Below are positions 32,201-49,267 of a stretch of DNA of 64,000 nucleotides, one piece after another; within the stretch, counting starts at the first letter, position 1; each line of letters opens with the position of its first letter. Below the pieces are notes generated by a model, which saw only the letters and a list, made by a program, of their open reading frames with translations, searched no databases and had not been told where the DNA came from. This stretch comes from Trichoplax sp. H2 (lineage: Eukaryota): NCBI GenBank assembly GCA_003344405.1, contig NOWV01000170.1, forward strand, positions 1 to 64,000, in the 5' to 3' direction. The position numbers and the translations under genes were made by a program.

Positions 32201-34771
32201 ATACTTGTACGATACTCACCATTATTTTATTATTGATAGCTAAATAAGAATACTGTGCGAGTGGCCCAATGCAAAGGTTCTTCAACTGTTTATAGCGATC
32301 TAAATTGTTATCAACTCGAACATTCAATTAGGGAATTTCAGTCGAATTGTATAATCAATTCTCGTTTGGATAGTAAAGCGATTACTGGTATGCATTCTAA
32401 TTAGTAATTTGTAGATTTGCAAGTGTAGATCTTTATTAATCTAATACTTGTAACTTTTGAGATAAAGAAATTGCTACCAATACTGATCTTTATGTCTAGG
32501 ATTTGCATTTACTGGCGTTGGAAGCGATTTCTTAGCATGTACTACGAATCGGTTGCTTATCTTCCGGAACTCAAGCAATAGTATAAATGGTTCTTTATGC
32601 TAAATTTTTGTAGTGTGGTATTCCATTTAATTCATTACTGTGATACTAACTGCCAAATAATTACTGCTTGTAGATTTACCAGTAAACATCAAGAATATTT
32701 CAAGCAATAATCAAGATTTCTGTGGTATGGCATTGTCAGGAAATTATTATTTTGCAGCTATTCTATCTAGGTAATAGAAAATACTTCAATGCAAATTGGA
32801 CATTAAGTATCGAATAATTGCTTATATCTTTACTTGCAGAGATCAAAAACCGCGTCGAGAATCTGGTTGGACATATATCAACACAACAGTAAGGAATTTG
32901 ATTCTTTGTGATATGAAGCTTAATCTCTTTAATTTAGCTGATTACCTACCTGATCGAATATGCACTGTAAAATCTAGCTAACTGTCGTGCAATTAAAAAG
33001 TATCAACGATGCAATCCGTGATGTGGTCGTAAATAATACAGGCAAGACTTAAGTTATGTTATTTCCGTTATTGCGGATTAATAATGTTATTAGTCATTTA
33101 GTATATGTGCAGTATTCGTAATAAACATAATATTTGTTGTGCATTCCAGAGGAATACTTACTTGGTTCATGGGATGTTTATGAGACTATTCGCATAGCTG
33201 TATATAAAAATAAGAATATACCCGAAACTTTTCTAAATGATATTAAATCTATTAGGTAATTTGATTACCATTATAGTTGAGCTTAATCAGACTTTCTTTT
33301 ATATTTTCTGCAAAGTAATTATTCAATTAATCTGTTACATAGCCAAACTGATTCAGCAGACGAACTAAAATCCAAATGGCGATTGTTGTTAATAATCATG
33401 GTAAGAAATCTTACTAATATTGACGTTAAATAAATTCGAATATGCTTGTAAAGCAGGGCGATCTTGATATTTTGCAGCGTAATTCCCATCGCACTTTCGA
33501 CCTTGATCTAGATGAAGGAGCTGGACCAGTGAACGATGATTGGGTAAATCTCGTTGATAGTTTCGGTCGAGAACATTTGAAAATTAGCTACTTTTATGGT
33601 TACTTCATCTAAATTCTGGTTTTCTTATTTAAATATTGAAGGAGATAATTTTATCACGGTGTGAAACTTATATTTTTTACCAACACTGCAGTAAATATCT
33701 GACATTATGGCTAGATAGATATAAAGATAGAAACGATATAAATCGAAACGACCGTGAGACTATTACCAATAATCAATCATTTATTTCGAATAATCATCGA
33801 TGATTATCTGCATAATGTAATTTATATAACATCCATAGGTATAGGCATCCTAGTCATGACAAACTATCTTCAAAGGAGTGGAATTAAAGTTGATAATGAA
33901 GTCATTAAATCGGTAATTACTAATATATCAGTACAAATTTCAGTAAATAATAAATCGATGTATTAAGATAGCAAATAATGTGATACATCTTTTACAAACT
34001 CCTACAGAAGCGGCTAATTACTTACACTACTTTATTCTTCTATGTATTGCCTAGATTTCCAGTAAATGCAAAACAGCTACTAGCCAACAAGTTAACCATA
34101 TTGATAACGATCAATTTGAGTCCGTAGAACGTTGTCCGATGTGTTCTAATGATATCCAAAGTCATTTCTTAGATGAACACTGTAATTACTAATATTAGTA
34201 TGCAGAATAATACTAGCGATTAATTCATAATGTAAAATAGAGACCCTTAACACCATTCAATTATAAAAAACACTGATAAGATTATGGAAGCAGAGTGTAC
34301 AAATGGCCATAAATGGGGTAAATAACTATAATATTAGCTCTATGGTACTGATTTTAAACTGTGTACACTTTAATGGAACAATATATAGATATAATTATTA
34401 TTCATGGAAAAACAGTTCCTTAAAATGATTTAACGTAAGATATTTTTAAATGATGATCGATATTCTGCTGTATGATACGCGAATAGTTCGATGCTGTATA
34501 ACCTTCCAGATATGTGACTACAACTCATGTCGCCGTTGTCAATCCTGTCATTGCTATGCCAAAGAAATAACAGAAATATGCAACGGTATGAATTTTAATA
34601 ATTATATCATTATAACACACTGTTCTCTGAGCACAAACTATTAAACTTTACCTAGCTAAGAATAGCTACTGCACTTATTTTCATCTATTAGAATCTTGGA
34701 CAAATTCCATCTTACGACAAAGTAAGAGTTGTACTTTATGTGGAGGAAGACTAGAATGTTCACGTCTTTAA
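29269..34771 (+). CDS. GTF3C4: General transcription factor IIIC subunit 4 (TFIIIC90/delta) homologue, multi-exon
   Basis: The first exon MEEKDENLP...CLAWSQDGKLALV resembles the TFIIIC90 N-terminal propeller motif, and HIKWSPDCC follows. The C-terminal zinc-finger pattern CPMC...CTNGHKW-RCCITFQIC...RRCQSC...SWTNSILRQSKSCTLCGGRL matches the GTF3C4 C-terminus. Stop TAA at 34769-34771. Internal exons are only partly resolved. Confidence 0.85.
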
Positions 34772-36211
34772 ATCCTATTGGTGTGGATTTTGTAATTGTT
34801 TCTCGTAAACATGACTTGAAAGATACACTATCAGATATTATCACTATCGATTTTCATTAACATTTATTACTACTATACTATCGAGAGAAAACGCTGAGAC
34901 TCAAACGGTGTAATGTGGTAAATGATAATGCAACTTTGTAAAGCAACTACATTTACGTGCATATGCACGGTCACTCGTACCTAATATTTGTGTAAATATA
35001 AAGCAAAACTGAATTTTTTAATCACAGATGTATATAACACGCATTAAATTGATATATATTTAGGAAGATTTGATTTGATTATAACAATTTCCATAATAAA
35101 ATAAACTTGCAGCATCTGTTGATTCTGCACTTATTGCTTCTGTCCATATAGTAATGTACTTAGTATGCTATTAACAAAATACTACTATCACGGTGAAATT
35201 TCATCGTTCTCAAATTTGTTGCATAACTATTCAATATTAAGGTAAGTTTGCACCGGTAAAATTATATTATTAATCTGCCATGATGTAGTACATATTTCAA
35301 AATCAGATTCTATCAACGTTATGGATTACTAAATATACCAGCATACGAATTTAGTAACGTAGCTCATGATATTAGGCAGCAGTACCGCACATTTAGCGAC
35401 TAGGAAAGCGATTGATTAACGGTAAGGAAACACAAACCATCCTAGTTAATGGTGAAATGATTTCGAAAAGTATTTTAAGCTAATAGCTATGCTTAGTCAT
35501 GACTATGCCGCTTAATCAATTACCTTAATTTTTATTAGATCACAACATTCATTTGGTAATAACCTCAACATTGAATTTAATACACAGTATGTTGGTAATT
35601 ATCTCAATGTAATCGGTTCTTTACAATTAACAGATATTTGAAGGCAGCAAGGCTAAGTTCATTGAATTTTGCTTTATTCCTCAAAGCAGAAGGATTTCAT
35701 GGTTTCTGACCTACTAGACATTTAGTCAATTAGAAAGAAAGAGATAAACTGCCTAAATAATACAATTAGAAATAGAGGTATAGTTAAATTTTACTGTGCC
35801 GTATCGATGCAGTCTTTGCTAGTGATAAAATTAGAATATCTCTGGAATGTAAAAGACATAACCATCTTCAGCTGTTATCATAATTTTCGTTTTGTTCATA
35901 TCAACATTATAAACTGAATTAGGTTTTATCTGATTAGGCCAAGAATAAAGAAATTCTTTCGTGCATAGAACATCACTTAAAAAATTCAAGTGTCAGTTCC
36001 TAATTATAATCATCCTTATATCGCTAATATTATAAGTCATCTATGTGAAGAGAATCGGATACGTCTAATACGCTTAAAAATCTGTTGAATGATGGTGTTT
36101 TGTTGTGAGAAGTCTTCGTAGGTAAAGTTATATTACAGTCAATCTGCCACATGGCAGCACTTATTTCTAAATTAGGTCTCGTCAGCAGAGTATTAGCTAA
36201 AGGTTAAACCA

Positions 36212-39027
36212 TCATGGTGAGCGATGCAAACGCAAAATTTCCCTGTTAACACCTAGTTAAGAATAATGTTCGATCCTTCGACGTTACATAAGAAATCAGC
36301 ATGACTACAGCATGTTGCTAATGCTACATATTGCAAACTACTGAAAATATTCCGGAATTTTGTTATCCAACATACCTAGTGTTATCCGTTTACAAACTTC
36401 ACATTGAAAATAATTATCATTGCTAACGAGAGCCTCAAATGCTCTTGTGCCGCCGCCAACTCCAAAATAGATAGTTTTTGCAGCAATATAGCTGTTGTAA
36501 AGTAAAGTCAAGGATGTCCAATAACATTAACAAAAATGAATAGATCTGGCATCGTTAAATATAGCAGTAATAGCATAATTCAGACTTGAAGCTGAACGAC
36601 ATCAGTTGCAGGATACGCTACTCCGTTTTCCTTTAACAGCCCCTTAATTAACTTGTATAGCTTATCTTGAGATTCTTCAGAGTAGATTGTTTCTGACGTT
36701 AACACAAAATCATACCTATTGTCATAGTCATTTATGTTATATAGTATTAGAATTGCACCCTAAATAACTGGTGTTGATTTACGCAATTTAACTTTATAGT
36801 TTAGTTAATTACAATCATACACTACCTATTATTTCCACCATCTTGCAAAACATTCTAAGATGTATAGATGGCAGGTTATAAATATTAGTAAGATTGAAAT
36901 TTAATAGCACATTTCATATTGTTATATCTATAAAAGTGAATATTGTGCATTGTAATAACGGTTTACAAGTATGCTTACTCCCATATTACTCCAATCTCCA
37001 GCATAGAAATGACATTTCTTCTTTATTTGTTGCTTGGGTGACTTTGATGAGCAATTCAAAAAGACATTTGGTACTGTCACATATCGAATAACTTCTTCAT
37101 TCTATCACGTCATAGTTTATATTCATTAAAAATTGCTTGATGATATTTGGTAATCGATACTAAATTGTATTAGCTCTACGTTGAGTACTATAAGAACTAA
37201 GATACTCGTACTGTTTAAAAAACGATACTTACATAATCTTGAAAGTCGACTCTTTTAGCAGCTTTATTTAAAGCGTAAATTCCTGGTAATCCTGCACCGC
37301 AACCAAGCTATAAAAAGTCAATTTTAAGTACATTATTAGGATGCCACTATTATTTGTTTATAGAAAAAAGGAGGCTTTGCAATACATAGATCATTATTCG
37401 CCTGCTGTCTTAATCACCTCAATAACATTTTTACCACGGAATTGTATCGATTGCTCTTGAAAGTACTCTACTAAATCGAAGGAACATTCCCATACTTTCA
37501 AACCTCCTAATACAGAAAAGATACAATAGCAGAACCAATTCATTAAGAATTGAGCAAAAATTCATTTATTGGTGTATAACATATAGACTACTGTCTGCAT
37601 TAAAGAAACAATTATTTCACCTTCGTATACCGAAGGAACCAGATCAGAATTATTTTCAATGGCCGTTATCAAACCACTGGTAGCACACTCCTTATTATCC
37701 GTTAGAAACTTTTCAACATATTTAGCATTGATATATTGCATTTGTTGATCGTCATTACCTAAGACGATGCTCTCTACCTGTTGTTTATCGATCTATGAAT
37801 GATTCAGATGCATGAACAAATCCATTTGAATGTCGTGATTAATGGGTAATTTGAGATCAATATGCGCGTATGTTGGCAAAGTCGCTACGTAATTACTAAT
37901 CTTATAAGAATATTAATTGAATGTAATAAGTAATATCAGACAACGTAATTTCAAAGACAACTGCTGTGTCTAAGAGTAATGATTTAATAGACGGAATCTT
38001 AAGCTTTAGACTTGAGACAGGTTTTAGGAAGTGTCTATTAAGCAATTGTGCAAGGATTAATATCGGCTGTTGTGATATAGATCGACAACTTACATCTGGA
38101 ATCCTGTCGCAGACGATTTCAATGGCTTCCTTGCAATGCTGACCAGGGGATGGTTCATTGTCCCTATCTGAAATTGGACTATATTAGCCTTGTATTTAGC
38201 GCTTAGAGTGATCTATAATAAATACGTTGCTTTAGCAAATCATAATTGCAATCATTACGTGATAAGCAATGTTATGAAACATCTACAATACGATGTTGTA
38301 GTAAGAAAATAATCGTAGCAAAACAGATCTTCTAATCAGTTTGAATTTGATCCAAATTTCATTCAGCTCGATACATAGTATAAACGTGAGCTGGATATTA
38401 CTGCAGATCTCTCATCTGATACTACTAATTCTCCATATAAAATACCACTTTGCAAAACAGATCTCCTATCAGTTTGAATTTGATCCAAATTTCATTCAGC
38501 TGGATACATAGTATAGGTGTGAGCTGTATATTACTGTAGATCTCTCATGTGATACTACTAATTCTCCATATACAATACTACTTTGCAAAGCGAAGATCTT
38601 TGCCTATGTTACTAATTCTCAGCTCTCTTCGAGATAGCTGCGATCAAGAATAAATTTATTTCCAAAACTGATTCAGCACCACTCACAGTTCAACTGCAGA
38701 CGTAGAACAACTACAGGTTTTCCTATTCTCATTCCTACTATGAAATTCAATCTATTTAGATATCGTAAGTATTATATCCTACTAGATAAAGGTCTTTCAT
38801 CCACTACCATTGCAAGTTTCAACTACAGAAGATGATTGCAGTACTACTAGCCTGTACTAGCATTGCAAAGTCATTACTGTAGATATGCAACCCCTTTACC
38901 TCTTATCATGCAACCTTTTACTAGCAATCCATTGATGCTACATATGAAAATACAGTAGCTGACCTGATTTTTCCACCTCTTGTTGATCCTCCGATGAAAT
39001 ATTAAAGTTAAATCGAAATGATGTCAT
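36212..39027 (-). CDS. METTL18: Histidine protein methyltransferase 1 homologue (METTL18/Hpm1 family), multi-exon
   Basis: N-terminus MTSFRFNFNI. Motifs SDLVPSVYEGGLKVWECSFDL, SAM motif I VIELGCGAGLPGIYA, FYAGDW, YDFVLTSETIY and AAKTIYFGVGGG. Last exon GVNREILRLHRSP* with stop at 36212-36214. Confidence 0.93.
38318..38592. repeat. Intronic tandem duplication, 2 x ~134 bp (METTL18 intron 1)
   Basis: GCAAAACAGATCT...CAGTTTGAATTTGATCCAAATTTCATTCAGCT...GATACTACTAATTCTCCATA occurs twice. Confidence 0.88.
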
Positions 39028-39945
39028 TTTAACCGGCCGATTTTACCCAAATCAAATGGATTTAATGTCCATGATGGTGGATCTAGATCCGACGATGGAG
39101 TCGGCAATGAGCTCAGATGCAGCTATGGCCAAGCTAGGTACTGTAACTGCACTATTTTTAGTAGAATTTATTATAAAAATAGGCGCATTTTTAGAATTCA
39201 CTATTAGTAATATGATGTACTCGGTAGTACCCTATATTACAGCATAAAAGTCTCTAGTCATGTTTTGGTAACTTGACTATGTGCACACTGACACCGCCGT
39301 TACTAAGTGATCATCCATCGACCAAAATGGAAAAGTAAATAAATCAATATAATTCGGCCTCTAATCCAATCTGATGTGATATTAAATGAATATAAAATCT
39401 GCATATCATAGTCAGCAGGTTATATAAATCGATAGTTCTACTATCCGACGAATATTAGCAAAGTATCATAGCTGATCGACAGTAGAAACTGTATCGCAAT
39501 ATCATTCTGCAGACAAGCATCTTCCATCTTAATTATCTTAGAGTTATACTGTAGTGCCTCGTTGTGAATATCTTGGATGGCAACTACTAACTCCATATAG
39601 TGATAGGATATGGATAGCCATAGTGAAATAGATGAGCGATACTATTCCAGAAAAAATCTATTTTAGGATTGGTGACAGGTGCTTATCAATTGCGGACTAT
39701 TCCCTATCGGGCCAAGCAATCATGAAATCCTGCCAAGCCCAGAATCTTAAACGCATGTGCAATATTTTGCTGTCTTATGGATTCCTACCGCGTAGATCAA
39801 TATTAGAATACTGTAGTCTAGTCGGTATTTGTATAATAACAGTACAGAATGATTTTCTGCCAAGCATGACCATGAAGAATGGCTGTACAGATTTTTTTAC
39901 AGTTATACCGTTAACTTAAATACTGATCCAAGCCTCTGCAAGTGG

Positions 39946-40568
39946 GCAGTTTTATCGCTATAAAAAATCGTGCGTCTTACAAATCGCTACAGAAAATAAT
40001 ATAAATATATCAGTTCTACGTATGAAGTGAAATCCTAATAACAGATTTTACTGCTACAGAATTATTTGCTACTATTTTTTAAATTCGTCTACTATAACTA
40101 CATTATTAAACTATTAACTGTAAGCCGGAAAATTGATAATTATAATAGTATATACAGTCCATTGTCTTATTGCTAAAATCTCAGTCACAAGTCAGAACCT
40201 AATTTAGCGTTGCGGTTCAAGTTATTATATATCAATTAAATAAATTCGAAATATTTGATTTTATTCGTATTTGTATCTCAATATAATAGCAGAACCTCAA
40301 GAATAAAAACAGTAAATATCAGAATAATAATTTTTCTTTATTTTTCAACATCAGCCATTTCAAATTTCAAAGTTTGCGATGCGGCACATTATCAAATTGC
40401 TATATGTTTGGATAAAAGAATAAGTTGTCATCTACTTTTAGACAGACGACGGTGCTTTAACGCTGCTTCAGTGACAAGAAACGAATAATCGGCGTATTTT
40501 TACAGTAAGCTCTTAAGAGAAATTGCCACTCTGTGAGATGCAACAATAGAATACTAATAAACTAAAAA
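39946..40568 (-). repeat. ~625-bp inverted repeat, right arm; coincides with the NDUFS1 3' UTR/flank
   Basis: Reverse complement of 22761-23389. Starts ~32 nt after the NDUFS1 stop on the minus strand and contains minus-strand AATAAA hexamers (~40260, ~40337). Confidence 0.95.
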
Positions 40569-40600
40569 CATAACCGCTAACATAAACGGGTGGCAATATT

Positions 40601-45077
<4,477 letters not shown>

Positions 45078-46237
45078 GACGACAAGGTCGTATTGATCTC
45101 TATAATAATCATTCGATCATAAATAAAGATAATGATGAAAACTTGATGCTCTTGTAGAAATGAGTATGATATCAATACATGAAAAAAAATGGACGACAGC
45201 AGGGGTGCAGTTTCATCTGCTGTTGCAGCGTTGAATTACTCCTAGAGTACAGTATGGCAAAGTTATATCGCCTGACATCAATGACTAGTATCTTTCTAGC
45301 TACCACAGTAAAAGGTTAAAGAATGAAGTGCGTACACTAATCGTCTAATCGATTAACGTATGTCTATTTTAATGTGAGCTAACAATCGAGGAAAATAATC
45401 CACCCTTCCAGTATAAAAAAGGAAAGGTTTGAATCAACATTTGACTATAAAAGGAAAATGTTGCTCATTCAATACTGTAGGCGTTCGGTTTGTGCGCGTT
45501 ACATGAGGTATAACCTATCCTCGACTATGGGAGTACACGCCGTATTGTGGATTGTATTAGCAAGGCAAGCTTCAACCGCGCACCGTATCTGTCTATTCAT
45601 GGTAACTACTGTAGTAGCATCCGCGCGTGCATGCATCCGTCTAGCATAGGAAAGAAATGGTAGCCAAGTTTGCAACGATGAGCAGCCTTATAACCCCCAA
45701 TTTATCAATTGACTACAAGAAATGACGTACTATGATCGTCTATTACAATACCCACTCAAAATTACATGCTAAAACTATCAGAAAAATAAATTGATGGCAC
45801 AACAGTCACTCTTCAGTACTGCATCAAAATGGCGTCCAACTGCAGGATAAACGAAATGTTATTTTTATCTTTTTCCATATTATTTATACATACAAACAGG
45901 ATAGAAATTAGACAAGAGATGTATTGGATCATTTTTATGAAGTCAACACTACAATAATTCAAATTGATATGAAGGATAACGAGTAAATAGCTGATAAATA
46001 GTTGAATTACTGCTAAAAGGAAATAACTTACACGTCCTTGATTTGGTTAGGATGTCTTTTGGATTCTTTTCGACCGCTTGCCACTCATGAGTGCTTTGCT
46101 ATGGCAAGGATTAGTATGAAAAACGCCGCCTCATTTGAGTCAGTATACTATGGATAGTATAGCACTGCGAAGAATCAATATGTTTGCTGTACTGTAGAGC
46201 TACAGTACCTTGCGCAACAGGAGTGACAGTGACACAA

Positions 46238-47697
46238 AGTACTGTACACTGTACAGTACTGTACTGTACAGTGTACAGTGTACAGTACGGTACTATGCGT
46301 TAGTGTACTGTACACTGTACATCCACCCAGCTACGGTATTGGTAGGCGGATTCACCAAGCTACTGAAAGCTACGGTAAGCTTGGTGTCATCATTTTTGCT
46401 AGCGATTTGAATCATGCTGTACAATAATATCCATTCAGTCATCACTAGCATTCCTTAGCGTTGTCTGTGACCTATTTTCTTCCGTCAAAAACTCTTGGTG
46501 ACATGGAAAACTCACCTTTCCTTATACAATAAGCAGGTGTAAGCTAGTTGCTTATGTGTGAAATGATCAAATTATGTTGAAATAAATGGTTGTCTAAGCT
46601 GCAAAGAACAAGCTGCAGGCTCTCATCAGTGAGCAATGGGCATCCAAAACATGATCGCCGCAAAGCAACAAGCTGCAGGCTCTCATTCGTCAGCAACACA
46701 TTCACTGCACGCACTGTCTACAGTGCTGTTACTGATGTACTCTGCATTACTGCATGCAAAACATGATCGCTGCAAAGCAACAAGCTGCAGGCTCTCATCC
46801 GTCAGCAATACACTCACTGCACGTACTGTGTACACTGCTGTTACTGATGTACTCTGCACAGTCTGCAGTACAGTACTGCATGCAAAACATGATCGCTGCA
46901 AAGCAACAAGCTGCAGGCTCTCATTTGTCAGCAACACACTCACTGCACGCACTGTCTACAGTGCTGTTACTGATGTACTCTGCATTACTGCATGCAAAAC
47001 ATGATCGCTGCAAAGCAACAAGCTGCAGGCTCTCATCCGTCAGCAATACACTCACTGCACGTACTGTGTACAGTGCTGTTACTGATGTACTCTGCAGTAC
47101 AGTACTGCATGCAAAACATGATCGCTGCAAAGCAACAAGCTGCAGGCTCTCATTCGTCAGCAACACACTCACTGCACGCACTGTCTACAGTGCTGTTACT
47201 GATGTACTCCGCAGTACTGCATGCAAAACATGATCGCTGCAAAGCAACAAGCTGCAGGCTCTCTCATCCGTCAGCAATACACTCACTTGCACGTACTGTG
47301 TACACTGTACTGTACAGTGAACAGTGCTGTTACTGATGTACTCTGCAGTACTGCAAAGCAACAAGATGCAGGCTCTCATTCGTCAGCAATACACTCACAC
47401 TACAGTGCTGTTACTGATGTACTCTGCAGTCTGCAGTACTGCATGCAAAACATGATTGTTGCAAAGCAACAAGATGCAGGCTCTCTGCATCAGTGAGCAA
47501 TGTGAACATTGTGCATTTTACTCGGCTCGCAAATCGCCAGCAAAAATGATGTTACTAGTACAGTACAGTACAACCAGTTCTTTACTGTACAATACCGTAC
47601 AGTGTCTCAGATACAGTACTATACACTCTGGTTAGAGCATCCACTGTACACTGTACACTGTACTGTACAGTACTGTATCGTACTGTACACTGTACGT
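46238..47697. mobile_element. Composite non-autonomous element candidate: TGTACA/GTAC-rich palindromic ends, 22-bp subterminal inverted repeats, internal tandem array
   Basis: CATCATTTTTGCTAGCGATTTG (46388-46409) and CAAATCGCCAGCAAAAATGATG (47530-47551) are inverted with 21/22 matches. TGTACA/GTACTG tracts lie at 46238-46320 and 47640-47697. No transposase and no clear TSD. Confidence 0.5.
46596..47502. repeat. Tandem array of ~112-125-bp units (7-8 copies) alternating between two variants
   Basis: GCAAAACATGATCGCTGCAAAGCAACAAGCTGCAGGCTCTCAT is repeated. Units alternate between ...TCGTCAGCAACACA...CGCACTGTCTA and ...CCGTCAGCAATACA...CGTACTGTGTA. Confidence 0.97.
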
Positions 47698-49267
47698 CCA
47701 GGACATGATCGCAAACATGTTTCCAACGCTGTTGGTCGCTGACTTGTTTTGAAAGAAATCCTGGTTCAAGATGGACTAGAACTTGTAGCATGTACAGTGT
47801 ATGTACTGTACATGGTGTACTCACTCTCATACAGGTCAGTCATCCTAGGTACTACTGTCAAGTCAACAGTGAGTGCCAGCAGTCAAACCCGGCCAATTTG
47901 AATCGCAACGCCAATTTCAAATTTTGCACCATAGTCTGCCAGTGAATTGGTCAACCATTTTGCGCTTCTTCTTCACTTTCAAGACGTATCGAAAAGAAGA
48001 CAGTGAAGAAAAAGGAAACAAAATACATGGTAATAACGTAGCTTAGACTGAGATTCATTGGTTACGTGAAATTGCGTCTATGGAGGGATTGATAAAGATG
48101 AACAACATCAACTTGAAAGGCAAATAAACTCGCTGCTTTCAGCCTTTCACTACAATCTGCAGTGAATAGTGCAGTGATTACAACGCCAGATAGAGATTCA
48201 AAAGGCAATTCTTCAAGAGCCTTGCTCATTGAGTTTTGCACAGTGTGGCCCAACTGTATCATTTTTACACCAATTACGGTAAGTAAGAAGACAATCTGCA
48301 ATAGACTAGGAAAATCAGTTACAATGGACTCAATGGTAGTTGGATTGAAAGCTTATGTTAGGGAATGATTCTTAGCAATGCTTAGCTACTTTCATCATCC
48401 AGTTGTAATGTTATAAAAATGATATCCGTGGCTATCAATGGATTCTCTATGTTAGCCGTCATGGTATCTTGAAATTGATATAGGCCATGAGTAGTTCATT
48501 TTATTGTGGTACAGGTTATCTTCTTACAATCAAGTAAAATAAGAGACATTGACTACAACCGATCGTTACGGTCAAAGACTGTGGTATAGTCATACTGGAC
48601 TTTGCGTTTATATGTTTACAAATGTAAAGAATGACCTTTTACTCTTGCTTGATAGAAGAAGCTTCTGGCAATCCTACAAGACCGTATCTTGTAGTGGTTG
48701 AATTCATTTTACTATTTCATTATACAAGCAAATCGACTGACAGTAGTAGCACATTTCAATACAACATGAGATATACGTGTGTTCTGCTACTGGCAATAGA
48801 ATAAAACGAGAAACGCTGCAACCAATCGTCATTCTGTGCTGTACTCGTACTGTACTTTGCATTGAAACGCTGACAGATCTAAAGTGAAGAATGACCTATT
48901 AATCTTACTTGATAGAAGGAGCTTCTGCCAATTCTGCATGACTGTTTATATCTTGTAAGGATTGAAATATATTTCGTAATGCCGTTATGCAAGCAATTCG
49001 CACTATCAATACTTGAACTGTACAGTGTAAACATTAAGGTTCGTTAGCATGAAATAATGACATCAATATTGATGCGTAATGGGGCTCCCTATGGAAGTGG
49101 GCACATTAATTAAACAGGTGTAATTACCTTTACTTGGACCAAATTGTATGCTATACTGACTACAACCTATGCTGTACGTTGTTAAAGTTGACGTTACTAT
49201 TAATATAATTAATTATGAACTTTTCCATTTCTTATTAACTGTAGGTCTTGCCCAAAGAGCAGCCGGA

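Noticed and set aside
46636-47830. Overlapping repetitive ORFs on both strands
   Set aside because: They are by-products of the tandem array. Unit lengths are not multiples of three, so the frames shift between units.
48627-48975. Diverged ~90-bp direct repeat (~48627 and ~48887) upstream of HROB
   Set aside because: Real but old and short, with no structure suggesting function.
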